Of a DNA stretch of 38,758 nucleotides, positions 13,886-21,202 are shown piece after piece. The translations under genes were made by a program, and so were the position numbers. This stretch comes from a virus. The stretch lies in IMG/VR virus record IMGVR_UViG_3300040789_000013; one strand, written 5' to 3'. A model generated the notes under the pieces. It saw only the letters and a program-made list of their open reading frames with translations, had not been told where the DNA came from and searched no databases. Position 1 is the stretch's first letter; each line of letters begins with the position of its first letter.

Positions 13886-15901
13886 ATGAGTTATCTAGGT
13901 GATCTATATAAAAAGGCCAGCGGTTTCATTAACGCTAAAAGTTACATGGGCATCCTGGCCGGTAACTTGCCGTCATCTACTCGCTGGAGTAATAATGATT
14001 TTTTAAATTCGCTCGACATCAGTCTCTATACTAATCGGGCAATCGCAAAGCGAGCAGAGAAAGTCGGAGAGATCGAGTGGGTGGTAAAAGACAAAAACAG
14101 TGAGCCGATTCTCGGTCACAGTATCCTCGACGTACTCAATTACCCTAACAAGTATTACAGCGGCGCTAAGTTCTGGAGTCTGTATCAGATCTACTATGAC
14201 GTGCTCGGTGTGTCGTACATCGTTAAGGATGTGGGCTTAAAACGTTTCTCTAGTGGTGTCGAGCCACTCGAGGGTCTCCACTTATTGCGTCCGGATCTCG
14301 TGACTCCGATTTTTTCAGCTGATAACAGTTGGATCATTCGATACGAGTACCGTCTTAATGGATCTGTCGTGCCGTATGAGCCGGAGCAGATTATCATGGT
14401 GTTTAATCCGGATCCTAAAAATCCACTCCGCGGCTGGTCACTACTTAAAGCTGGTATCCAGGCAATCCAGACCGAGGTGCAGATTTCCGCGTACCATGCT
14501 CGAGTGCTCGAGAATGGTGGTAAGGTCGAGGGTGTCTTTAAATTCAAAACGCCACGACTTACTCAGGAGCAACTCCAGCAGCTAAAAGATGGATACGATC
14601 AAGATTATGCGGATGCCCGGAAAACAGGTAAGCCGCTTTTCCTCGGTGGTGATGCTGACTATGTAAAGACTGGTCTCTCTCCGGATGAGCTCTCATATCT
14701 CGAGGCTAAGAAAATGACACTGGAGGATATCTCGATGATGACGGGGGTACCTAAAGTTATTCTCGGATCAGCTGACGAGATCCAGTACTCTAACTCGGAC
14801 AGTTTATATCGTATCTTTTTGCGCGAGACTATTCGGCCGCTCCTTTCAAACCTAGCGACAGCACTCGATCGCACGCTGGTACCAGAGGGAGAGACGCTGA
14901 CGTTTGTCGATCCTACTCCAGAAAACATCGAGGAGAAATCGAAGCTAATCGAGATGGCGATCGATAAGCACATCATCTCTACTAATGAGGGACGTATGAT
15001 GCTGGCTAAGCTAACCGGTGAGCAGCTCGACGATGTGCCAGGCGGTGAGCATATTCTCATCCCGTTTAACCTCATCCGTCTCGACTCTGATCTCTCTGCT
15101 GGTACTGATACCGAGACAGATAAAAAAAAAATTAAGTCATCAGAGATAGCGCATCCACTCCGGGACGCGACGGTCCGTAAGAAATACGGCAAGGCTCAGG
15201 ATAAGAAAAATGAGCGCAATATGGTCCGCTTTAAAAAGCCACTCGTAACGTATTTCGAGGAGCAGCGGGATCGGATCATCGAGCAACTCAGTCCGGAGAA
15301 AAATTACGTATTTCGTAAAAAAGATCTGATCGATAGTGCGATGAACATCGAGCTAGAGGTAAAGCTCGGTAAGGAGGCATTTTTACCGATGCTGACAGAG
15401 ATCCTTAAAGAGTCCGGGCAGGATGCTATGGAGCTCGCTGGATCGACGTACGCATTTAATCTCACATCCGATATCGTTTCCTGGATGAACACTCGGACCG
15501 AGGTATTTTCTCGGACCATTAACGAGACTACGTTCGGTCAGTTAAAAGATGAGTTTACTATTTCACTTGCTGAGGGTGAGTCCCGGGAGCAACTGATTAG
15601 ACGTATCGAGGATACTTACGATAATAAAATTACTAAGGCTCGAGCTACGACGATCGCTCGGACCGAGGTCCATAATGCAAACCAGAAAGGCACGATCGAG
15701 GGATATCGCCAGGGTAATCTGCCGATTAAAATCTGGGTGTCTGTTCTCGATGGTGCGACTCGAAACAATGCCGAGGCGGATCATGTGTCGCTCGATGGTG
15801 AGGAGGTCCCGCTCGATAGTCCGTTTAGTAATGGTCTGATGTATCCGGGTGATCCGCGTGGAGGACCGGCGGAAGTTATTAACTGTCGATGTGTCGTTTA
15901 A
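13886..15901 (+). CDS. portal protein fused to a MuF/SPP1 gp7-like minor head protein domain
   Basis: The N-terminal 400 aa or so are portal-like in position and length after terL. The C-terminal 230 aa or so carry the MuF signature (ARATTIARTEVHNANQKGTIEGYRQ ... AEVINCRCV). Confidence 0.8.
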   Translation: MSYLGDLYKKASGFINAKSYMGILAGNLPSSTRWSNNDFLNSLDISLYTNRAIAKRAEKVGEIEWVVKDKNSEPILGHSILDVLNYPNKYYSGAKFWSLYQIYYDVLGVSYIVKDVGLKRFSSGVEPLEGLHLLRPDLVTPIFSADNSWIIRYEYRLNGSVVPYEPEQIIMVFNPDPKNPLRGWSLLKAGIQAIQTEVQISAYHARVLENGGKVEGVFKFKTPRLTQEQLQQLKDGYDQDYADARKTGKPLFLGGDADYVKTGLSPDELSYLEAKKMTLEDISMMTGVPKVILGSADEIQYSNSDSLYRIFLRETIRPLLSNLATALDRTLVPEGETLTFVDPTPENIEEKSKLIEMAIDKHIISTNEGRMMLAKLTGEQLDDVPGGEHILIPFNLIRLDSDLSAGTDTETDKKKIKSSEIAHPLRDATVRKKYGKAQDKKNERNMVRFKKPLVTYFEEQRDRIIEQLSPEKNYVFRKKDLIDSAMNIELEVKLGKEAFLPMLTEILKESGQDAMELAGSTYAFNLTSDIVSWMNTRTEVFSRTINETTFGQLKDEFTISLAEGESREQLIRRIEDTYDNKITKARATTIARTEVHNANQKGTIEGYRQGNLPIKIWVSVLDGATRNNAEADHVSLDGEEVPLDSPFSNGLMYPGDPRGGPAEVINCRCVV

Positions 15902-15907
15902 TCGATA

Positions 15908-15916
15908 TGGTATTAT
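15908..15916 (+). promoter_or_regulatory. extended -10-like box TGGTATTAT upstream of the protease gene (21 nt to the ATG)
   Basis: It matches TGnTATTAT. A second TATAAT at 15929..15934 lies only 3 nt from the ATG, which is too close to serve as its promoter. Confidence 0.3.
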
Positions 15917-15937
15917 TTATAATGTTAGTATAATCGT

Positions 15938-16885
15938 ATGGCAAAAGTAAGACTAAAAGTAGGAGAGAAAGCAATCACATCGATGCCGGTATCCGTTAAG
16001 GCAATCGATAAGGAAAATTTCCGCCTTACGATGGTGGCCTCCACTCAAGACGTAGACCGTCACGGTGATACCGTCCTACAGGCAGGATGGGATATTAAGC
16101 CGTTTGGTAAAAATCCAGTTATCCTAAACTCACATAATTACTACGACGCTACTGAGGTTATCGCTCGAGCAGAAAATACTCGCGTCGAGGGTAAGGGTAA
16201 GCGAGCGAAGCTGATCCAGGAGTGGGTATTTGCTGTTAACGAAAATCCAAAAGCTAAAATCATTTTCGATCTGTATGCTGGTGGTTTCCTACACGCCTCA
16301 TCAGTCGGATTTATCCCGCGCAAGTTTGCAGAAAAGCCAGACGGATCTCGTGACTGGTTTGTAATCGAGCAAGCTGAGCTACTCGAGGTATCAGCTGTAT
16401 CAGTACCAGCTAATGCTATGGCTCTCGCTAAGAGTAAGGGTATCGCTGTCGATGAGCTCCCGGAGGAAATGATCGACGAGGACGAGATCGAGGACGACGG
16501 AGCTGGAGATAAAGATCATTTTGCGGAAGCTGAGGAAATGAACGAGGAGGAGGAAACTGAGGAAACCGGAGAGGATGAGGAGACAGCTGAGGACGAGGGG
16601 GTCGAACCAGATCCAGAGGAGCAGGAGCCAGAAGTCGTAACCGATAGTGTTGCTGATCTGCCAGCGTTCCGGCCGACTAAAAGCCAGCTCCAGAAAAAAG
16701 CTGCTGTCCGCGTTCTCCACAGTCTTAACGACCGGGAGGAGAAAGCACTCCGAGCGACGTATGATACAATCGGGAAAATGCTGCATGGGGATAAGTATAA
16801 AAACTTAGACCGTCGGACCAGACAGAAAGCTCAGCGACGAGATTATAACTCTGTCATCCGCAAGCTCCTCAAAGGCAAACGATAG
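15938..16885 (+). CDS. HK97-family prohead serine protease (S78) with an acidic, scaffold-like C-terminal extension
   Basis: DVDRHGDTV, NSHNY, HASSVGFIP and ELLEVSAVSVPANAMA match the S78 His/Ser motif layout. Residues from about 170 to 240 are extremely Glu/Asp-rich. Confidence 0.8.
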   Translation: MAKVRLKVGEKAITSMPVSVKAIDKENFRLTMVASTQDVDRHGDTVLQAGWDIKPFGKNPVILNSHNYYDATEVIARAENTRVEGKGKRAKLIQEWVFAVNENPKAKIIFDLYAGGFLHASSVGFIPRKFAEKPDGSRDWFVIEQAELLEVSAVSVPANAMALAKSKGIAVDELPEEMIDEDEIEDDGAGDKDHFAEAEEMNEEEETEETGEDEETAEDEGVEPDPEEQEPEVVTDSVADLPAFRPTKSQLQKKAAVRVLHSLNDREEKALRATYDTIGKMLHGDKYKNLDRRTRQKAQRRDYNSVIRKLLKGKR

Positions 16886-17051
16886 TACACCACAGTATAA
16901 AGTGATGATAAGCGTAGAGAGGTAGGGTCGTTAAATCGACCGGCTCCGCAAGGACCATAACAATACCTCTACTTTAGATCAGGGATGGTCGATACCCCGT
17001 ACGCCGGGCATCTAAAATATCAATTTACTAGGTATTAAGTATCGACTACTT

Positions 17052-18410
17052 ATGAACAAATTTAAGAAATTTGTAAAAACTCTGCTCGAACGCGGTTACG
17101 CTACCGAGGCTGAAAAAGAAAAGGCTGCTGGTCTTTTCAAGGCTCTCGATGAGGATGATCGCGATGAAGTGGCGACCGATGCTGAGACCGTTGCGGACCT
17201 ACCGGAAAGCGCGGAGGAAGCTGAGGAAGCTGCCGAGGAGGACGAGGAGATCGACGACGAGAATGTAGAAAAGGGCATCAAAGCTCTATTCTCTCGCGAG
17301 GGTAAGCGCATCGAAAAGTCTCTCGAGACTAAGCTCGATGGGTATATGGCTGATATGAAAGAGGCTATGGCTAGTAAAGCCGGTGTCTATCATCCAGACG
17401 TACAGGCGAAGCGTAAGGAGCTTAACAGCACTTTGCGTAAGACTGTATCCGCACTGATCTCTAACGATACTGCTGCTCTTAAGGAAATGACGACCGATGA
17501 CTCTGGATCGCCGTACGCTGGTTACACAGTGGACAGCGAGCTCAGTGCAGAAATTCGTCATCTCATTACTGAGTACGGTGTCGCTCGTCGTGAGATGGAA
17601 AACGTACAGCTTACTAAAGGCTCGTACAAGGTTAATGATCTGGTCACAGACGTTACCGTGTACTGGGTTGAAGAGGGAGCTGTCGTAAATTCTACTCAAG
17701 CCGTATTAGGTCAGGAGACTCTAACTCTCAAGAAACTCGGTGCCATCGTAACGATGACATCAGAGCTGCTCGAGGATTCAGAGATCGACCTTATCTCATT
17801 TATGGCCAGTCGTGTTGCGGAGGGATTCGCACAGGCTGAGGACGAGGCGTTCTTTAAGGGTGATGGTACGTCTGCATACGGTGACTTTACTGGACTCCTC
17901 GAGGCTAGTGATGTTAACGAAGTGACAATGGGATCAGGTGATACTGGTTTCAATGACATGGATGCTGACGACTTGCTCGACATGCAGGACGCTACCCCAC
18001 AGGGAGCACTTGCTAACGGTAAGTACTACTACCATCGCACTATCAAGAGCATTGTGCGTAAGCTCAAAGCTACTGACGGCACATACATCTACCAGGCTCC
18101 GTCTCAAAATGGTCCAGCGACCGTTTGGGGATCTCCGGAGGTATTGGTGGAGGCTATGCCAGCTATCGGTGACTCTGCTGCTGAAACATCTTTCGTACTG
18201 TTTGGTGATTTACGTAAGGCGTGTATCTTTGGTTACAAGGGTGCTATTAAAGCTAAGCGATTCGATGCCGGTGAAGTTCGCAACGTCGCGGATGACGCTA
18301 ACATCAATCTCATCACTACAGATCGAGAGGCTGTACGCTGGACTCAGCGAGTCGGTTACGTGCGTGTTATCCCACAGGCCGTAACTAAGCTCACTACTGC
18401 TGCACCTTAA
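17052..18410 (+). CDS. major capsid protein, HK97 fold
   Basis: It has an N-terminal acidic coiled-coil delta-like region. The core contains LKKLGAIVTMTSELLEDSEIDLISFMASRVAEGFAQAEDEAFFKGDG, typical of HK97-family capsids. A strong terminator follows. Confidence 0.85.
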   Translation: MNKFKKFVKTLLERGYATEAEKEKAAGLFKALDEDDRDEVATDAETVADLPESAEEAEEAAEEDEEIDDENVEKGIKALFSREGKRIEKSLETKLDGYMADMKEAMASKAGVYHPDVQAKRKELNSTLRKTVSALISNDTAALKEMTTDDSGSPYAGYTVDSELSAEIRHLITEYGVARREMENVQLTKGSYKVNDLVTDVTVYWVEEGAVVNSTQAVLGQETLTLKKLGAIVTMTSELLEDSEIDLISFMASRVAEGFAQAEDEAFFKGDGTSAYGDFTGLLEASDVNEVTMGSGDTGFNDMDADDLLDMQDATPQGALANGKYYYHRTIKSIVRKLKATDGTYIYQAPSQNGPATVWGSPEVLVEAMPAIGDSAAETSFVLFGDLRKACIFGYKGAIKAKRFDAGEVRNVADDANINLITTDREAVRWTQRVGYVRVIPQAVTKLTTAAP

Positions 18411-18441
18411 TCGATCGGCGACTGAGTACAGTTAACAAGAG

Positions 18442-18462
18442 GCTCCCTCCGGGGAGCTTTTT
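18442..18462 (+). terminator. rho-independent terminator after the capsid gene
   Basis: The stem is GCTCCC / GGGAGC with loop TCCG, followed by TTTTT. Confidence 0.7.
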
Positions 18463-18465
18463 GTG

Positions 18466-18474
18466 TGATATCAT
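18466..18474 (+). promoter_or_regulatory. extended -10-like box TGATATCAT, 6 nt upstream of ATG 18481
   Basis: It shows leaderless-type spacing immediately after the terminator. Confidence 0.45.
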
Positions 18475-18480
18475 ACTGAT

Positions 18481-18882
18481 ATGGTTTTTCAAGAAAAAGA
18501 GCTCGAGACGGGAGGGTATGAGTACAAGGTCCAGGATGTCTTTGGTGAGATGATTTTTACGTCTGATATAAAACTAAGCGGCGACAAGCTCGACGGTATG
18601 GTATCCTTATTACTAAGACAGGGACACAATGCGGAAACCGTCCAGGGGGAGGTTAAGCATGATACCGGTACTGTCACTTATAAATTTACTAAGGAGCCTC
18701 AATGGGCCGACGTTCCTCCAGAGGAGGAAAAAGAATGGGACGAACCATGCGAAAATACACCTACATCGACAAAAGAAACGGAAAGCGTGTTTACTCAGAT
18801 AAACCGCTTAATAAGCCGTATCTGGAAAAAGCTACAGAGGTCCGTGGTAGCGTTCCGCAAGGCATGGAAAAATCCGGAGTAA
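18481..18882 (+). CDS. hypothetical protein
   Basis: 133-aa ORF. Its 3' third is overlapped by a second coding-looking frame (see 18747..18929). Confidence 0.5.
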   Translation: MVFQEKELETGGYEYKVQDVFGEMIFTSDIKLSGDKLDGMVSLLLRQGHNAETVQGEVKHDTGTVTYKFTKEPQWADVPPEEEKEWDEPCENTPTSTKETESVFTQINRLISRIWKKLQRSVVAFRKAWKNPE

Positions 18883-18929
18883 CGAAATCCACAGACCGGG
18901 ATATCGCGCTCGACGGACCAGAGGTTTAA
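18747..18929 (+). CDS. possible nested or frameshift-accessed ORF (-1 frame relative to 18481..18882)
   Basis: MRKYTYIDKRNGKRVYSDKPLNKPYLEKATEVRGSVPQGMEKSGVTKSTDRDIALDGPEV uses typical phage codons. It extends through 18883..18929, which would otherwise be an atypically GC-rich gap, and it ends 16 nt before the next gene. Confidence 0.3.
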   Translation: MRKYTYIDKRNGKRVYSDKPLNKPYLEKATEVRGSVPQGMEKSGVTKSTDRDIALDGPEV

Positions 18930-18930
18930 G

Positions 18931-18939
18931 TGCTAATAT
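18931..18939 (+). promoter_or_regulatory. extended -10-like box TGCTAATAT, 6 nt upstream of ATG 18946
   Basis: It shows leaderless-type spacing. Confidence 0.4.
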
Positions 18940-18945
18940 ATACCT

Positions 18946-19515
18946 ATGGCAACATTTACTTTTTCACTCCAGGGATCGAGCGATACCACAGTAGGCGCGA
19001 CTGATGTTTTACAGTTTGCGGGTGCAGCTGGTTTCGATTCTAAAATTACTGTAGGAGAATATAACGACAGTACTCACGTTAAATCATCAGGCGGAGCTAA
19101 TGACTCATCTGGTAACACTCCTAACAATGTTAAATTTATCTCACAGTCAGGCGGTACTGGTGGTGACTCACAAGCTGACTGGGGAGACGGTACCGAGGAT
19201 CTCGATGCGATCACTGATGCGGAATGTACACTCGAGATTAATTTCTCTGACGCTGCATCTGTTACTACAGAAAGCGCAATCTTTTACGCTTACGATGGAT
19301 CTACTACTACATCAGCTCCGACCGGTATCACGTTTGTAGCTGCCGAGGGAGGTGATACTAACTGGACCGCTGCCGAGGGATCTGGATCTGCTCTAGCACT
19401 TGCGGACCAGTCAGCAGCTACGTCTCATAATTTCTACGTCGCCGTATCTGCATCTCCGGACAGCGTAGGATTAAAAGACTCATTTACACTCCGATGTGAG
19501 CTAACGTACTCTTAA
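18946..19515 (+). CDS. hypothetical structural protein (Ser/Thr/Gly/Ala-rich, beta-like; possible decoration protein)
   Basis: 189-aa ORF directly downstream of the capsid region. The call rests on position only. Confidence 0.5.
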   Translation: MATFTFSLQGSSDTTVGATDVLQFAGAAGFDSKITVGEYNDSTHVKSSGGANDSSGNTPNNVKFISQSGGTGGDSQADWGDGTEDLDAITDAECTLEINFSDAASVTTESAIFYAYDGSTTTSAPTGITFVAAEGGDTNWTAAEGSGSALALADQSAATSHNFYVAVSASPDSVGLKDSFTLRCELTYS

Positions 19516-19518
19516 AAT

Positions 19519-19908
19519 ATGAAACTAACAACAATCGACATTCTAAGACGAGCCAGTGTGCCGGATCCAGCTGACAAGATCGGTAAGGTTAGCGTTTCAG
19601 TCGGAGGCGTTCCTACAAACTACCCGGACAAAATGATTAACGTCCAGGAGGCAGACGAGGTAGAGGTTATCGTCGGTACTGAGAAATTTACTGCTAACTT
19701 ACGAGGACCGCTATCAGATCAAGAGGCTACTCGAGTAGAGGAGGCTAAAAAGGCTCGAGGAGAAAAAGCGACTGAGGCGTTTAGAGAGTCACAAATGAAA
19801 AAGGCAGAGAAAGGTCTGCTCGGTGACGACAAGCGACAGGCTCGCACACTAGAAAAGCGAGGACTGGAAACTCCAGAAAAAGACAAACCGGTCAAAGCTA
19901 AAATTTAA
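19519..19908 (+). CDS. hypothetical protein with a Lys/Glu-rich C-terminus
   Basis: 129-aa ORF, 3 nt after the previous stop. Confidence 0.55.
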   Translation: MKLTTIDILRRASVPDPADKIGKVSVSVGGVPTNYPDKMINVQEADEVEVIVGTEKFTANLRGPLSDQEATRVEEAKKARGEKATEAFRESQMKKAEKGLLGDDKRQARTLEKRGLETPEKDKPVKAKI

Positions 19909-19959
19909 TCGGACCGTTAACAAATAACGAGGCCCTCACGGGACTCAACAAATAACATT

Positions 19960-20418
19960 ATGCAAAAGGTACTTTTTACAGCAGGTTTATCAAATGGTGA
20001 GACCATCACTGAGGAGCATGGCGACTTTTGCAGGATAGACGGCGCTCTCTCTCCGTGGCAGCGCCTTTTATCGTATGTCGCCACTAAAGGGATTTATATT
20101 ACCTCATTGTCATTACTCACGGCCGATGGTCAGCGATGGAACCTACCGAGCGCCGGTAAAAATCCTAAGTTTAAGGAGTTCGGGTATACACAAAAGCCGG
20201 TAAGTTTCCGGATGTTTCGTAAAATTGCTAAAGAGGGTAACACTATCCAGGATCTTAATGCCGCGCCATCGAGTGATATGCACACTTGTATCGAGGCAGT
20301 ATATGAGGATGGTGGACGGATCCAGGTGTGGGTCCGTGAGGATAATCGAGCGAGCTGGACTGTACGGTATACCGCTGAGGAGTGGAAAGCCTACGAGGAC
20401 TCACTTAGTAAAAGATAA
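19960..20418 (+). CDS. hypothetical protein
   Basis: 152-aa ORF with no motif recognised. Confidence 0.55.
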   Translation: MQKVLFTAGLSNGETITEEHGDFCRIDGALSPWQRLLSYVATKGIYITSLSLLTADGQRWNLPSAGKNPKFKEFGYTQKPVSFRMFRKIAKEGNTIQDLNAAPSSDMHTCIEAVYEDGGRIQVWVREDNRASWTVRYTAEEWKAYEDSLSKR

Positions 20419-20420
20419 TC

Positions 20421-21200
20421 ATGGCGAAAATAGCGACACTACAGGATAATTTTAGCAGCTACCAGTATGGACTCTGGAGCTATGGCTCAGGTCTGACGGT
20501 CGGTGGTGGTGTGCTTACGATGGAGACTGATGACAGTCAAGAGGGATTGTTCTCTGATGATGATGCTTTAGATCTCGAGGATTCTGAGTTTTTTTTCCAG
20601 ATAGTGTCGCATGATTTTGTATCCGGAGGTGCAGCCTATTTAGGATTACGTGATTATACTAATGGTAATAACCTCAAGTTTCAGTTAAGCGAAAATGGGT
20701 CCAGCATCGATGTTTCCGGGGAGGGTGTTTCGATTACCGGATTTACTTTTAGCGGATCCCTTTGGTTAAGGATTCGAGAGAGTGGCGGTACGATTTATTT
20801 CGATACGTCGACTGACGGATTATCCTGGACTAATAGGGGGTCAGATACAGTAGCCGGTGCCGGCATTAACAGTCTCGCGGATATGAGGGTCGAGTTAATT
20901 CTCGAGTATTCAGGTATCAATACGCTTGTAATTGATAATGTAAATACTGCTCCAGTAACCTCTACCGATACCGAGGCTGAGCGTGATGCTGAGATATCTG
21001 GCATTGCCAGCGATGCCGCTGAGCGAGATGCTGAGACTCATGGCGCTACTGACTCTAATGCAGAGATCGATGCTGAGACTCATGGTGCGACTGACGCGAC
21101 CGGTGAGCGTGCGGCCGAGCTCGAGGGTACCATCAGACCGATACTCTCAGCTGAGCAGCCAGAGGGAGAGAGTAAGATCGTCCTTAGCTGGACTTATTAA
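20421..21200 (+). CDS. lectin/LamG-like domain protein ending in ER(D/A)AE..G acidic repeats
   Basis: WLRIRESGGTIYFDTSTDGLSWTNRG is typical of concanavalin-A-like/LamG jelly rolls. The C-terminus carries about 4 units of the 14-aa repeat shared with the next gene. Confidence 0.6.
   Translation: MAKIATLQDNFSSYQYGLWSYGSGLTVGGGVLTMETDDSQEGLFSDDDALDLEDSEFFFQIVSHDFVSGGAAYLGLRDYTNGNNLKFQLSENGSSIDVSGEGVSITGFTFSGSLWLRIRESGGTIYFDTSTDGLSWTNRGSDTVAGAGINSLADMRVELILEYSGINTLVIDNVNTAPVTSTDTEAERDAEISGIASDAAERDAETHGATDSNAEIDAETHGATDATGERAAELEGTIRPILSAEQPEGESKIVLSWTY
20979..21128 (+). repeat. in-frame 42-nt (14-aa) tandem repeat, about 4 units
   Basis: ERDAEISG IASDAA / ERDAETHG ATDSNA / EIDAETHG ATDATG / ERAAELEG. 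Confidence 0.8.
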
Positions 21201-21202
21201 GT

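Noticed and set aside
16886-17051. Search for tRNA or tmRNA genes in the larger gaps (11397..11670, 16886..17051, 36211..36364, 7400..7927)
   Set aside because: I found no cloverleaf with a GTTCRANYC-type T-loop and matching acceptor stem by eye. A tRNAscan-SE or ARAGORN run would be needed to be certain.
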